A stretch of DNA of 32,000 nt. It comes from Nostoc punctiforme PCC 73102. Lineage in GTDB: Bacteria > Cyanobacteriota > Cyanobacteriia > Cyanobacteriales > Nostocaceae. Of the stretch, positions 1 to 11,303 are shown one piece after another (position 1 is the first letter of the stretch; each line of letters starts with the position of its first letter). Location of the stretch: the NCBI RefSeq assembly GCF_000020025.1, contig NC_010628.1, positions 3,330,001 to 3,362,000 on the forward strand. Direction: 5' to 3'. Under the pieces are notes generated by a model. That model was not told where the DNA came from. It searched no databases and saw only the letters and a program-made list of their open reading frames with translations. The translations under genes were made by a program, and so were the position numbers.

Positions 1-129
1 AATAATCCAATGCTCAAAGTACGTTTGCAAAGAGCAGTGACAGCAGCAGGTATTGAGACTGTAAAGATTTTATTTGCTCCTGCTGGTATTGCGATTGAAG
101 CAATTAGGGCTTGGAATGAACCTAGCTAG
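1..129 (+). CDS. 3' end of an unidentified CDS (last 42 codons; starts left of the window)
   Basis: Frame 1 is open from position 1 to TAG at 127-129 ([42 protein letters not shown]). It is too short to assign a family. Confidence 0.3.
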   Translation, partial: NNPMLKVRLQRAVTAAGIETVKILFAPAGIAIEAIRAWNEPS

Positions 130-199
130 ACGTACCCCTCCTATTCCTGTTTCACTTTAAGAGGATGTTTTAAAAGTTCTTTGGTGGGTAGCAAAACAT

Positions 200-360
200 T
201 TTAGATCCCCCTAAATCCCCCGATAAATTGGGGGACTTTGATTCCGGTTCCCCCCTTTTTAAGGCTACAGTATACACACAAGTCAAATTACCCCCCTTAA
301 TCTCCCCTTGGAAAGGGGGGAAACAGGAAATCTAGTTCCCTCCCCTTTCCAAGGGGAGGG
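200..360. repeat. Cluster of small GC-run hairpin repeats (Nostoc short-dispersed-repeat / MITE-like) between convergent genes
   Basis: There is a 41-nt unit at 200-240 (tttagatccccctaaatcccccgataaattgggggactttg) with hairpin tccccc-N8-ggggga at 216-235. A cccctt/aagggg hairpin lies near 304-318. A perfect 10-bp stem ccctcccctt-tcc-aaggggaggg lies at 338-360. A related 41-nt unit recurs inside cas6 (15583-15623). Confidence 0.6.
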
Positions 361-401
361 TTAGGGTGGGGTAAGAGTGACATAAAAACTCAGTGAGTAA
401 A

Positions 402-1121
402 CTATTTCAGACTTGTGTATTTCTTCAATTGCTGCACAAACGCATCATATTCCGGTGACTTCAACCCCAATTGCACTACCTCCAACACTCGCACCATCTG
501 ATTGTTTAACAACGCTTCCACTGCTAACCACAAACCCGGAAACACCTGAGAGCGAATAATTTCATCTGCACTGGGAGATAGCGATCGATAATCGCCATCA
601 ATTAGGCAAAACCATTCAATTTGATTCTCGTAAGATTGCCAGATTACGTATTCCAACACCCCATTACGGCGATAAACCTGCTTTTTGCTCCCTGTATCGA
701 TCGCAACGCTACTTGCTGCAATTTCAACAATCAATTCGGGAGATCCTTCAATGTAACCGTCGCTGCTCAAACGGGTTTGTCCGCCTGCGTTTGGTTTAAT
801 AAACAGCACTACATCTGGCTGGGGTTCATTGTCTAAATCTAGTCTGACGGTTGGGGCATCACTCAAATCAACGCCAGGAGTCAATGATTAGTAGACTCCT
901 AACCAAGTTATGGCCCGACTGTGGGGTTTGCCATGCTGCTCATGTCTTACAGGAGATGCTACGTAAACGATTCCTTCAATCAGTTCTGCTTTCTTGATAT
1001 GGGGTGCAGCCGCATAACGCCGTTCAAATTCAGGGCGAGTTAGGCGATGTCTACGACGGGCTACGCCTACGCCACTTTCAAGCGGAGGCAGATGTCTCTG
1101 GGGTGAGTACTCTCTAACCAT
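402..1121 (-). pseudogene. Uma2-family (DUF820) endonuclease gene interrupted by an in-frame TAA
   Basis: ORFs 888..1163 and 402..884 are in the same frame. They are separated only by TAA (890-888) plus one codon. Joined they read ...[45 protein letters not shown]..., which resembles one contiguous Uma2-type protein. The likely start is ATG 1121-1119, preceded by aagga. Confidence 0.65.
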
Positions 1122-1544
1122 TTGCCCATCCTTGGAGTTGCCGGATACTTCTGACTTTAGCAAACCTCAGTTATCAGTTAGAATTTATTGATTTGCTGCT
1201 TTCCTCAAATTCCAAAAATTATAAAATGTAATGTTAATTGTGATCGTGTGTTCTACTGTGCGATCGCTTACTCGCCCAACTTAGGCATCGCCGACAATTG
1301 ATGCTGCATAACAGAGGCCAACTAGCTATCATTAGCTAAGTGGTATGCCAGATAAATTGACGGCAATACCGTTTAGTTAGCAGTCTTTATCAACTGCTTA
1401 CACTCGCACCCATAAAAATTAGTTTGATCCACCTTCTATTCCCTGCTTTTTATTGTGATACGCATTGGCTCAAAGTACTCTAAATAAGTACGGGGTGCAA
1501 AAAATACAAAAATTTCTTCAAGGATTAAGATTAAGGATACGGCT

Positions 1545-4500
1545 ATGGCAACCGAACAGTTAACTAGAGATAGCGATAATCTAGATTTAAATCAGCTACT
1601 AAGAACGCTGAATGCTGTTAAACAAGGTGACTTCTCGGCTCGGATGCCCATAGACCATACTGGTGTGGCGGGGAAAATAGCTGACACGCTCAATGATATT
1701 ATTGACCAGAATGAGCGGATGGCGGCAGAACTACAACGGATTGGTAATGTTGTCGGCAAAGAAGGCAAAATTGCTGAACGTGCCTCTCTCGGAGATGTTC
1801 GTGGTTCTTGGTCAAATTGTGTTACTTCTGTCAATACTCTAATTACAGATTTAGTTCAACCAACAGCGGAAACTACGCGGGTAATTCGGTCGGTTGCTAA
1901 TGGTGATTTATCCCAAACGATCGCAACAGAAATTGACGGCAGACCTCTTCAAGGTGAGTTTCTCCAAACTGCGAATATCGTCAACACGATGGTAGATCGG
2001 CTTGGTTCTTTTGCATCAGAAGTTACAAGGGTTGCCCGTGAGGTGGGAACCGAAGGGAAGTTGGGCGTTCAAGCCGAAGTGCAAGGTGTGGCTGGCACTT
2101 GGAAAGATTTGACTGATAACGTTAACTTGATGGCTGGTAATCTCACCGGACAAGTTCGCAACATTGCCGAAGTTGCCACTGCGATCGCAAATGGTGACTT
2201 ATCTAAAAAAATCACTGTAAATGTCAAAGGCGAAATTCTGGAACTAAAAAACACCGTCAACACGATGGTGGATCAGCTTAATTCTTTTGCATCGGAAGTA
2301 ACGCGAGTTGCCCGTGAAGTTGGAACTGAAGGTAAGTTGGGCGTACAAGCGGAAGTTAAAGGTGTCGCAGGTACTTGGAAGGATCTGACTGACAACGTTA
2401 ACCTGATGGCTGGAAATTTAACCGCCCAAGTGCGTAATATTGCGGAAGTGACAACGGCAGTAGCAAACGGCGACCTTTCCAAGAAAATCACTGTTGATGT
2501 TAAAGGCGAAATTTTAGAGTTGAAAAACACCGTCAACATCATGGTGGATCAACTGAATTCCTTTGCATCGGAAGTAACAAGGGTTGCGCGTGAAGTGGGT
2601 GCAGAAGGAAAATTAGGCGGTCAAGCAGAAGTGCGCGGGGTAGCGGGTACGTGGAAAGACCTTACCGACAGCGTGAATTTCATGGCGGGAAGCTTGACGG
2701 CACAGGTGCGGAATATTGCCGAAGTGACAACGGCGGTAGCGAATGGTGACTTATCCAAGAAAATCACCGTCGATGTCAAAGGCGAAATTCTGGAGTTGAA
2801 AAACACCATCAACACAATGGTGGATCAACTTAATTCCTTTGCATCAGAAGTAACAAGAGTTGCCCGTGAGGTGGGAACTGAAGGGAAGTTGGGCGTACAA
2901 GCGGAAGTCCGGGGAGTTGCGGGGACTTGGAAAGATCTAACCGACAACGTGAACTTAATGGCGGGTAATCTCACCGGACAGGTGCGAAATATTGCCGAAG
3001 TTGCTACTGCGATCGCAAATGGCGATCTATCTAAGAAAATCACCGTCGATGTTAGAGGTGAAATTTTTGAACTCAAAAATACCATCAATATAATGGTGGA
3101 TCAACTCAGTTCCTTTGCATCAGAAGTAACGCGGGTTGCGCGTGAAGTGGGAAGTGAAGGTAAACTGGGTGTGCAAGCTGATGTGCGCGGTGTCGCGGGT
3201 ACTTGGAAAGATTTAACTGACAGCGTGAACTTCATGGCGGGAAGTTTGACGGCGCAGGTGCGGAATATTGCTGAAGTAACAACGGCGGTTGCAACTGGCG
3301 ACTTATCCAAGAAAATCACTGTCGATGTCAAAGGTGAAATTCTGGAACTCAAAAATACCATCAACACAATGGTGGATCAACTCAATTCCTTTGCATCAGA
3401 AGTAACACGGGTGGCGCGTGAAGTGGGAAGTGAAGGTAAACTTGGCGTGCAAGCAGAAGTGCGCGGCGTGGCTGGCACTTGGAAAGATTTAACTGACAGC
3501 GTGAACTTCATGGCGGGAAGTTTGACGGCGCAGGTGCGGAATATTGCTGAAGTAACAACGGCGGTTGCAACAGGCGACTTATCCAAGAAAATCACTGTCG
3601 ATGTGAAAGGTGAAATTCTGGAGTTGAAAAATACCATTAATACAATGGTGGATCAACTAAGTTCCTTTGCTAGTGAAGTGACGCGAGTCGCCCGTGAGGT
3701 GGGAACTGAAGGTAAATTGGGCGTACAAGCGGAAGTGAAAGACGTTGCAGGAACTTGGAAAGATTTAACCGACAGCGTGAATTTCATGGCGGGAAGCTTG
3801 ACGGCACAGGTGCGGAACATTGCCGAAGTGACAACTGCGATCGCAAATGGTGACTTATCCAAGAAAATTACTGTTGCCGTCAAAGGCGAAATTCTGGAGT
3901 TGAAAAATACCATCAATATAATGGTGGATCAACTCAACTCTTTTGCAAGTGAAGTTACAAGAGTTGCCCGTGAGGTGGGAAGCGAGGGAAAACTGGGTGT
4001 GCAAGCAGATGTGCGCGGCGTAGCTGGCACTTGGAAAGATTTAACTGACAGCGTAAACTTCATGGCGGGAAGCTTAACGGCACAGGTGCGAAACATTGCC
4101 GCCGTTACCACCGCCGTAGCTAATGGCGACTTATCTAAGAAAATCTCCGTTGATGTTAAAGGTGAAATTTTAGAGTTGAAAAACACCGTCAACACAATGG
4201 TGGATCAACTCAACTCCTTTGCAAGTGAAGTGACGCGGGTGGCGCGGGAGGTGGGAACAGAAGGGAAGTTGGGCGTACAAGCAGAAGTTAAAGGTGTAGC
4301 CGGCACTTGGAAAGATTTAACTGACAGCGTAAACTTCATGGCAGGAAGTTTGACGGCACAGGTGCGGAACATTGCCGAAGTTACGACAGCCGTAGCTAAC
4401 GGCGACTTATCCAAGAAAATCACCGTTGATGTGAAAGGTGAAATTCAGGAACTCAAAAACACCATCAACACAATGGTGGATCAGCTAAATTCCTTTGCAT

Positions 4501-7500
4501 CAGAAGTTACAAGGGTTGCCCGTGAGGTGGGAACGGAAGGTAAACTTGGCGTGCAAGCCTACGTCAGGGGAGTTGCTGGCACTTGGAAAGATTTGACGGA
4601 CAACGTGAACTCGATGGCGGGAAACCTCACCGGACAAGTTCGCAACATCGCGGAAGTTACCAAGGCGGTAGCGAATGGCGACTTATCTAAAAAAATTACC
4701 GTCGATGCCAAAGGCGAAATTTTGGACTTGAAGAACACCACTAACACAATGGTGGATCAACTCAGTTCCTTTGCCAGTGAAGTAACGCGGGTGGCGCGGG
4801 AAGTGGGAACTGAAGGGAAGTTGGGCGGACAAGCGCAAGTCCAAGGTGTTGCAGGGACTTGGAAAGATTTAACAGATAACGTTAACTCGATGGCGGGGAA
4901 CTTAACGGCACAAGTACGCGGTATCGCCAGAGTTGTAACGGCAGTTGCTAACGGTGACTTAAAACGAAAACTAATGTTAGATGCCAAGGGAGAAATTGAA
5001 ACCTTGGCAGAGACAATCAACGAGATGATTGATACCCTTGCGACATTTGCCAATCAGGTAACTACAGTAGCGCGAGAAGTGGGAATCGAAGGGAAGTTAG
5101 GCGGACAAGCTAGAGTACCAGGCGCGGCTGGAACTTGGAAAGATTTGACAGATAACGTGAACGAACTGGCTGCTACACTGACAACTCAGTTGCGAGCGAT
5201 CGCAGAAGTTGCTACAGCTGTAACTAAAGGTGATTTAACTCGTTCAATTGCCGTCGAAGCATTAGGGGAAGTAGCAATACTCAAAGACAACATCAACCAG
5301 ATGATTGCCAATCTGCGGGAGACAACGCAGAAAAATACTGAGCAAGATTGGTTGAAAACTAACCTAGCTAAATTTACCCGAATGCTGCAAGGGCAGCGAG
5401 ACTTGGAAACCGTATCTAAATTGATTCTCTCAGAACTAGCGCCCTTGGTAGGAGCGCAACACGGCGTATTCTTCCTGATGGAGTCTGGAGAAAATACACC
5501 GTTTTTAAAACTAATTAGTAGCTACGCTTACCGCGAACGCAGACATTTGGCTAACCGCTTCCACTTGGGTGAAGGTTTGGTGGGACAATGCGCTTTAGAA
5601 AAAGAGCGGATTCTCTTAACTGATGTACCAAGTGATTATGTCAGAATTGCCTCTGGTTTAGGAGAAGCGTCTCCACTTAATGCCGTAGTGTTACCTGTAC
5701 TTTTTGAAGGACAGGTGACAGCAGTTATAGAATTAGCTTCCTTCCGCCGCTTTAGCGAAATACATCTGACATTCTTCGACCAGCTTACCGAAAGTATAGC
5801 GATCGTCCTCAACACGATCGCAGCTTCCATGCGAACTGAAGAATTACTCAAGCAATCCCAATCTTTGGCTGAAGAACTCCAAACCCAGCAAAATGAACTC
5901 CGAGAAACCAACAAGCGCTTAGAACAACAAGCCCAATCACTCAAAACCTCAGAAGATTTACTCAAAGGACAGCAAGAGGAACTGCAACAGACTAACGCTG
6001 AGTTAGAAGAAAAGGCAGAGTTGTTAGCTATGCAGAAAAAAGAAGTCGAGCGCAAAAATCGGGAAATCGAACAAGCAAGAATGTCTTTGGAAGACAAGGC
6101 TGAACAACTCGCCCTTTCTTCAAAATACAAATCAGAGTTTCTCGCCAATATGTCTCATGAACTGCGGACACCGCTAAATAGCTTGTTAATTTTGGCGAAG
6201 TTGTTGGCAGATAATATAGATAACAACCTTACTACCAAGCAAGTTGAATACAGCCAGACAATTTACTCAGCCGGTACTGACTTGTTGGCATTAATCAATG
6301 ACATTCTGGATCTCGCTAAAATTGAATCTGGAACTATGTCAATTGACATGACCCAAATGCCCTTGGTAGAGTTAGGCGAACAAATTGAGCGCACCTTCCG
6401 GCAAGTTGCTCAGAGCAAAGGACTCGCCTTTACAATTGAATTTACTCCCGACTTACCCACAACCATCTATACAGATATTAAACGCTTACAACAAGTGTTA
6501 AAAAATCTCCTCTCCAACGCTTTTAAATTTACAGAGCAAGGGGAAGTCCGCTTGCAGATTGCGGTGGCAAAACAGGGATGGAGCAACGACCAAGTAACTT
6601 TAAATCGCGCTCAAAATGTCATCGCCTTCTCAGTTAGCGATACAGGGATTGGCATTGCACCCGACAAGCAAAAAGTTATTTTCGAGGCATTTCAGCAAGC
6701 CGATGGCTCTACCAGTCGGAGATACGGCGGTACTGGATTAGGCTTATCAATTAGCCGCGAAATCGCCCGTCTCTTTGGCGGCGAAATTAAACTAACAAGT
6801 CAACCGGGTCAAGGTAGCACCTTTACATTCTTTTTCCCACAATTGAATGTTGAGCCTACATCAACACAACTCCCTACTCCCTACTCCCTACTTCCCACTC
6901 TCCACTCCTCAATCAGCACTCAGAACTCAGCACTCCTCAGTGACGATCGCGCTACTATTAGCATGGGTGATCGCGTTTTGTTAATCGTCGAGGACGACGT
7001 GAATTTTGCCCGTATCCTCATAGATATGGCGCAACAGCATGGATTTAAAGTGATAACAGCCCAAAATGGCAGTACAGGTTTAGCATTAGCGCAGCAATTC
7101 TATCCTTCAGCCGTTTTACTAGATATCCGAATGCCAGAAATGGATGGTTGGACGGTATTGGATCGCCTCAAACATGACCCAAATACCCGCCACATTCCCG
7201 TACACATTATGACCGTTGAAGAAGGGCAACAGCGCAGTTTGCAACTAGGTGCGATCGCATATCTGCAAAAGCCCTTAAGCAGCGAGATAATATCCGAGGC
7301 ATTGGTCAAAATTAAGGGTTTTGTTGAACGCCAGGTGAAAAATTTATTGGTAGTCGAAGACGATGACACTCAACGGCATAGCATTGTCGAACTAATTGGC
7401 AACAGCGATGTTCATACTACTGCTGTTGCCACAGGTGCAGAAGCCCTAGAAGCCATCCGCACCAAGCATTTTGATTGCCTGGTTCTCGATTTAGGGCTAC

Positions 7501-8141
7501 CCGACATGACCGGGTTTGAATTGATCGAGCAGATTAAGCTTCTACCTCACGGCAAAACATTGCCCATCATTGTCTACACCGGTAGAGACATTAGCAAAGC
7601 TCAAGAAACTGAATTGAGACGGATTGCCGAAACAATTATCATTAAAGATGTGCGATCGCCCGAACGTCTCCTCGATGAAACAGCATTATTTTTACACCGA
7701 GTCCAAGCAAATTTACCTGCACCCAAACGACAAATACTTGAACAATTGCATTCCATAGATTACTTACTCGCTGGCAAGAAAGCGCTAATTGTAGACGACG
7801 ATGTGCGTAATATTTTCGCGCTGACAAGTATGCTGGAGCGTTATCAAATACAAGTGTTATACGCTGAAAATGGCAGAGAGGGGATTAACGTATTAGAAAA
7901 TACACCAGATATTGATGTCGTTTTGATGGATGTAATGATGCCAGAAATGGACGGTTACGAAACAACAAGCTTAATCCGCCAAAACGAGCAATTTAAATCT
8001 TTGCCGATTATTGCACTGACAGCTAAAGCCATGCAAGGCGATCGCGAGAAGTGTATTGAAGCGGGTGCATCAGACTACATCACCAAACCCGTAGATACTG
8101 AACAACTGCTTTCACTCTTGCGTGTTTGGCTATACCGTTAA
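1545..8141 (+). CDS. Soluble hybrid sensor histidine kinase: poly-HAMP array, GAF, coiled coil, HisKA, HATPase_c and three receiver domains
   Basis: This is a 2198-aa ORF with no N-terminal hydrophobic segments. HAMP-like heptad units repeat from aa ~18 to ~1250. A GAF-like block starts near nt 5346. A Q/E/L-rich coiled coil spans ~5830-6120. The H-box is SHELRTPLN (His codon 6156-6158). The ATP-lid motifs are DTGIGI and GGTGLGLSI. Three REC domains carry conserved Asp contexts: [11 protein letters not shown] (~7122), [11 protein letters not shown] (~7490) and [11 protein letters not shown] (~7927). Confidence 0.95.
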   Translation: MATEQLTRDSDNLDLNQLLRTLNAVKQGDFSARMPIDHTGVAGKIADTLNDIIDQNERMAAELQRIGNVVGKEGKIAERASLGDVRGSWSNCVTSVNTLITDLVQPTAETTRVIRSVANGDLSQTIATEIDGRPLQGEFLQTANIVNTMVDRLGSFASEVTRVAREVGTEGKLGVQAEVQGVAGTWKDLTDNVNLMAGNLTGQVRNIAEVATAIANGDLSKKITVNVKGEILELKNTVNTMVDQLNSFASEVTRVAREVGTEGKLGVQAEVKGVAGTWKDLTDNVNLMAGNLTAQVRNIAEVTTAVANGDLSKKITVDVKGEILELKNTVNIMVDQLNSFASEVTRVAREVGAEGKLGGQAEVRGVAGTWKDLTDSVNFMAGSLTAQVRNIAEVTTAVANGDLSKKITVDVKGEILELKNTINTMVDQLNSFASEVTRVAREVGTEGKLGVQAEVRGVAGTWKDLTDNVNLMAGNLTGQVRNIAEVATAIANGDLSKKITVDVRGEIFELKNTINIMVDQLSSFASEVTRVAREVGSEGKLGVQADVRGVAGTWKDLTDSVNFMAGSLTAQVRNIAEVTTAVATGDLSKKITVDVKGEILELKNTINTMVDQLNSFASEVTRVAREVGSEGKLGVQAEVRGVAGTWKDLTDSVNFMAGSLTAQVRNIAEVTTAVATGDLSKKITVDVKGEILELKNTINTMVDQLSSFASEVTRVAREVGTEGKLGVQAEVKDVAGTWKDLTDSVNFMAGSLTAQVRNIAEVTTAIANGDLSKKITVAVKGEILELKNTINIMVDQLNSFASEVTRVAREVGSEGKLGVQADVRGVAGTWKDLTDSVNFMAGSLTAQVRNIAAVTTAVANGDLSKKISVDVKGEILELKNTVNTMVDQLNSFASEVTRVAREVGTEGKLGVQAEVKGVAGTWKDLTDSVNFMAGSLTAQVRNIAEVTTAVANGDLSKKITVDVKGEIQELKNTINTMVDQLNSFASEVTRVAREVGTEGKLGVQAYVRGVAGTWKDLTDNVNSMAGNLTGQVRNIAEVTKAVANGDLSKKITVDAKGEILDLKNTTNTMVDQLSSFASEVTRVAREVGTEGKLGGQAQVQGVAGTWKDLTDNVNSMAGNLTAQVRGIARVVTAVANGDLKRKLMLDAKGEIETLAETINEMIDTLATFANQVTTVAREVGIEGKLGGQARVPGAAGTWKDLTDNVNELAATLTTQLRAIAEVATAVTKGDLTRSIAVEALGEVAILKDNINQMIANLRETTQKNTEQDWLKTNLAKFTRMLQGQRDLETVSKLILSELAPLVGAQHGVFFLMESGENTPFLKLISSYAYRERRHLANRFHLGEGLVGQCALEKERILLTDVPSDYVRIASGLGEASPLNAVVLPVLFEGQVTAVIELASFRRFSEIHLTFFDQLTESIAIVLNTIAASMRTEELLKQSQSLAEELQTQQNELRETNKRLEQQAQSLKTSEDLLKGQQEELQQTNAELEEKAELLAMQKKEVERKNREIEQARMSLEDKAEQLALSSKYKSEFLANMSHELRTPLNSLLILAKLLADNIDNNLTTKQVEYSQTIYSAGTDLLALINDILDLAKIESGTMSIDMTQMPLVELGEQIERTFRQVAQSKGLAFTIEFTPDLPTTIYTDIKRLQQVLKNLLSNAFKFTEQGEVRLQIAVAKQGWSNDQVTLNRAQNVIAFSVSDTGIGIAPDKQKVIFEAFQQADGSTSRRYGGTGLGLSISREIARLFGGEIKLTSQPGQGSTFTFFFPQLNVEPTSTQLPTPYSLLPTLHSSISTQNSALLSDDRATISMGDRVLLIVEDDVNFARILIDMAQQHGFKVITAQNGSTGLALAQQFYPSAVLLDIRMPEMDGWTVLDRLKHDPNTRHIPVHIMTVEEGQQRSLQLGAIAYLQKPLSSEIISEALVKIKGFVERQVKNLLVVEDDDTQRHSIVELIGNSDVHTTAVATGAEALEAIRTKHFDCLVLDLGLPDMTGFELIEQIKLLPHGKTLPIIVYTGRDISKAQETELRRIAETIIIKDVRSPERLLDETALFLHRVQANLPAPKRQILEQLHSIDYLLAGKKALIVDDDVRNIFALTSMLERYQIQVLYAENGREGINVLENTPDIDVVLMDVMMPEMDGYETTSLIRQNEQFKSLPIIALTAKAMQGDREKCIEAGASDYITKPVDTEQLLSLLRVWLYR
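1989..5300 (+). repeat. Twelve exactly phased 276-nt (92-codon) tandem units inside the kinase gene, each encoding two HAMP domains
   Basis: The landmark atggt(g/a)gatc recurs at 1989, 2265, 2541, 2817, 3093, 3369, 3645, 3921, 4197, 4473 and 4749. Diverged copies sit at 5025 and 5301. All are spaced 276 nt apart. Positions 3201-3295 and 3477-3571 are identical over 95 nt. Confidence 0.95.
6870..6911 (+). repeat. Six tandem heptamers (CTCCCTA x3, then CTTCCCA, CTCTCCA, CTCCTCA) inside the kinase CDS linker
   Basis: Read directly from the sequence. The 42 nt equal 14 codons and encode [14 protein letters not shown], between HATPase_c and the first receiver. Confidence 0.85.
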
Positions 8142-8172
8142 TTGGGGCAGGGGGCAGGGAGCCGTTGCAACT

Positions 8173-11100
8173 ATTTCAACCCTAATAGGGATTTTGATGA
8201 ATTGCAATTCCTCCTTCCTCTGGCTCTGCCACCGTTCAGCAACTTGGTTTCAATCCCTGATAGGGATTTTGATGAATTGCAATATATTATTTCACAACTG
8301 GTAAAAACGCTAAAGGTTTAGTTTCAATCCCTGATAGGGATTTTGATGAATTGCAATGTTAAACTGGTCTGCTTTGCCGATACCCAAATATTGCTAGGTT
8401 TCAATCCCTGATAGGGATTTTGATGAATTGCAATGAAATCAGAAACATCTTTGATTTTTTTGACCATGTTTCAATCCCTGATAGGGATTTTGATGAATTG
8501 CAATTTTTTGGGGAAGAGGTAATCTGAAACAGAATTTAGTATTTGTTTCAATCCCTGATAGGGATTTTGATGAATTGCAATGTTGTTACTTAATCCGTCA
8601 AATAGTCCCATTAGATGTTTCAATCCCTGATAGGGATTTTGATGAATTGCAATTTTGTGTTACTTGAATTACTTTGTTGTAATATGCTGGTTTCAATCCC
8701 TGATAGGGATTTTGATGAATTGCAATCAGCAACGTATGCTGTGGGATGCTGGATATGCACGTTTCAATCCCTGATAGGGATTTTGATGAATTGCAATTTG
8801 CATATCTCCATCCAACTGTATTCAGCTGAAAAGTTTCAATCCCTGATAGGGATTTTGATGAATTGCAATCTTCGGCATAACCATTCTTCCACCTCCAGTA
8901 CCAGTTTCAATCCCTGATAGGGATTTTGATGAATTGCAATATAAACTAAATGCCAGAAAAGATTAGGGTCAATCTGTTTCAATCCCTGATAGGGATTTTG
9001 ATGAATTGCAATTTCTGGTTTGACTTTTTCTATTTTCAAGAGTTGCCAAGTTTCAATCCCTGATAGGGATTTTGATGAATTGCAATAAAAGCCTGGGCTA
9101 AATCAATTCCGTGAACAGTTCCAAGTTTCAATCCCTGATAGGGATTTTGATGAATTGCAATTTTATTCCGCCCTGGTTTGAATTCTGATGGCACCGTTGT
9201 TTCAATCCCTGATAGGGATTTTGATGAATTGCAATCTAATCCTGGGCAATGTCCGGCGTATTGGCTTCGCGTTTCAATCCCTGATAGGGATTTTGATGAA
9301 TTGCAATTCTCATGAATGCCCTACTTATACATTTTTTCAGGTTTCAATCCCTGATAGGGATTTTGATGAATTGCAATCTTATAGCTTGTGGCAGGGTAGC
9401 CCATGTAGGCTTGTTTCAATCCCTGATAGGGATTTTGATGAATTGCAATAACCAATAAGCCGGACACTGAGAAGGATTGGCGGGTTTCAATCCCTGATAG
9501 GGATTTTGATGAATTGCAATTCCCTTTGATTGCTGCTGTTCCTTTTGCTTCACAAGTTTCAATCCCTGATAGGGATTTTGATGAATTGCAATGCATTGTG
9601 ATTTCCATGCTTGCAGTACTCCATCTGTTTCAATCCCTGATAGGGATTTTGATGAATTGCAATTTATTGCAGATATGATATGTGCAGTCAGGAATATAAT
9701 TAGTTTCAATCCCTGATAGGGATTTTGATGAATTGCAATTCTATTGTTGTTGTTTCAAAGTCCAAAAAAAGCATTAGTTTCAATCCCTGATAGGGATTTT
9801 GATGAATTGCAATTCGCGCAACTTATCCGCCCAAAGCTTTGCAGCCATTTGTTTCAATCCCTGATAGGGATTTTGATGAATTGCAATACTTACTCGCAGT
9901 TGAGTCTGGGGATTATTTCAGTTTCAATCCCTGATAGGGATTTTGATGAATTGCAATTTTTCCATAATTCTTTTGCAAGTATTCCTTCCCTTGGTTTCAA
10001 TCCCTGATAGGGATTTTGATGAATTGCAATCTGAGTTTGTGGTGCTTCCCCGCGAATCTCGACAAATGTTTCAATCCCTGATAGGGATTTTGATGAATTG
10101 CAATGTAAATATGCTGGTATTTGAAGCAAAACTTGAAGGTTTCAATCCCTGATAGGGATTTTGATGAATTGCAATTCTATCAGATAAACTATCAGGAGTA
10201 GGATAGTCAAACTCGTTTCAATCCCTGATAGGGATTTTGATGAATTGCAATGCTCACGATCTGCTCACGTCTCTACAATAAAAGTTTCAATCCCTGATAG
10301 GGATTTTGATGAATTGCAATCTTTCGCTGAATGGGCAGTTAGTCCAGCAGGAAGTGGTTTCAATCCCTGATAGGGATTTTGATGAATTGCAATCTATATG
10401 TTGCGAGGCTATTGTATTGTAGGTTAGAACAAGTTTCAATCCCTGATAGGGATTTTGATGAATTGCAATTCTTGGTTTGAATAATTCCAATGCTTCCAGT
10501 ACCTGTTTCAATCCCTGATAGGGATTTTGATGAATTGCAATTTGGCACTCCCGTAATGGTTCTAAATGCTTTTGTTGTTTCAATCCCTGATAGGGATTTT
10601 GATGAATTGCAATTTTACCGTGCTGCTGATGGCGATCGCGAGTATTTCGATGAGTTTCAATCCCTGATAGGGATTTTGATGAATTGCAATCCTTTCTAGG
10701 GAGCGCCCCTAGTATTATTGCTTGCGGTTTCAATCCCTGATAGGGATTTTGATGAATTGCAATCCTACCGTCGCCCCGGTGGCAAGCCTCTGCGGCGTGG
10801 TTTCAATCCCTGATAGGGATTTTGATGAATTGCAATCCATTTCTGTGCCTCATTTCGTATCTGTTTCCGTAAAGTTTCAATCCCTGATAGGGATTTTGAT
10901 GAATTGCAATTTGCACCATCAATTGTTTGTGATGTTGTTGTGGCGTTTCAATCCCTGATAGGGATTTTGATGAATTGCAATAAAAGACGACTGGGAACAC
11001 AAGCGGACACAGTACGGTTTCAATCCCTGATAGGGATTTTGATGAATTGCAATATGAATCAACAATGATCCGGCGCCATTGAGTATTAAGTTTCAATCCC

Positions 11101-11197
11101 TGATAGGGATTTTGATGAATTGCAATCCTATTCTTCAATTTTTACGATGTCTTCCAAGCCGTTTCAATCCCTGATAGGGATTTTGATGAATTGCAAT
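8173..11197 (-). CRISPR. CRISPR array with 42 repeats of 37 nt and 41 unique spacers (32-40 nt), read as transcribed on the minus strand
   Basis: The plus-strand repeat is GTTTCAATCCCTGATAGGGATTTTGATGAATTGCAAT. Its reverse complement ATTGCAATTCATCAAAATCCCTATCAGGGATTGAAAC ends in ATTGAAAC and contains a 7-bp stem AATCCCT-ATC-AGGGATT. The repeat at 8173-8208 is degenerate (one deletion, one substitution), marking the leader-distal end. The cas2-proximal end is at 11197. Confidence 0.97.
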
Positions 11198-11303
11198 AGC
11201 GGGAGGCTGAAAGCCAAGCTGTATTTAGTTTTCAAGGTGCGGTTGCGCGATTCAAGGGCAATCATAGCATTAGAGAATTCGTTTGGAAAGAGCGCCAGGA
11301 AAC
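11198..11303 (-). promoter_or_regulatory. Repeat-proximal 106-bp remnant of the CRISPR leader, with a candidate sigma70-type promoter
   Basis: This is the sequence between the first transcribed repeat and the IS end. On the minus strand there is TTTCCA (11289-11284), a 17-nt spacer, then TATGAT (11266-11261), about 60 nt upstream of the first repeat. The promoter call rests on a motif match only. Confidence 0.35.

Noticed and set aside
1592-5053. A series of minus-strand ORFs of 62-98 aa spaced every ~276 nt, antisense to the kinase gene.
   Set aside because: They repeat with the HAMP unit period and encode low-complexity S/T/A/V-rich peptides. They are the antisense shadow of a highly repetitive, codon-biased CDS. 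The same reasoning applies to the antisense ORFs at 5636-6148, 7100-7369 and 7642-7827.
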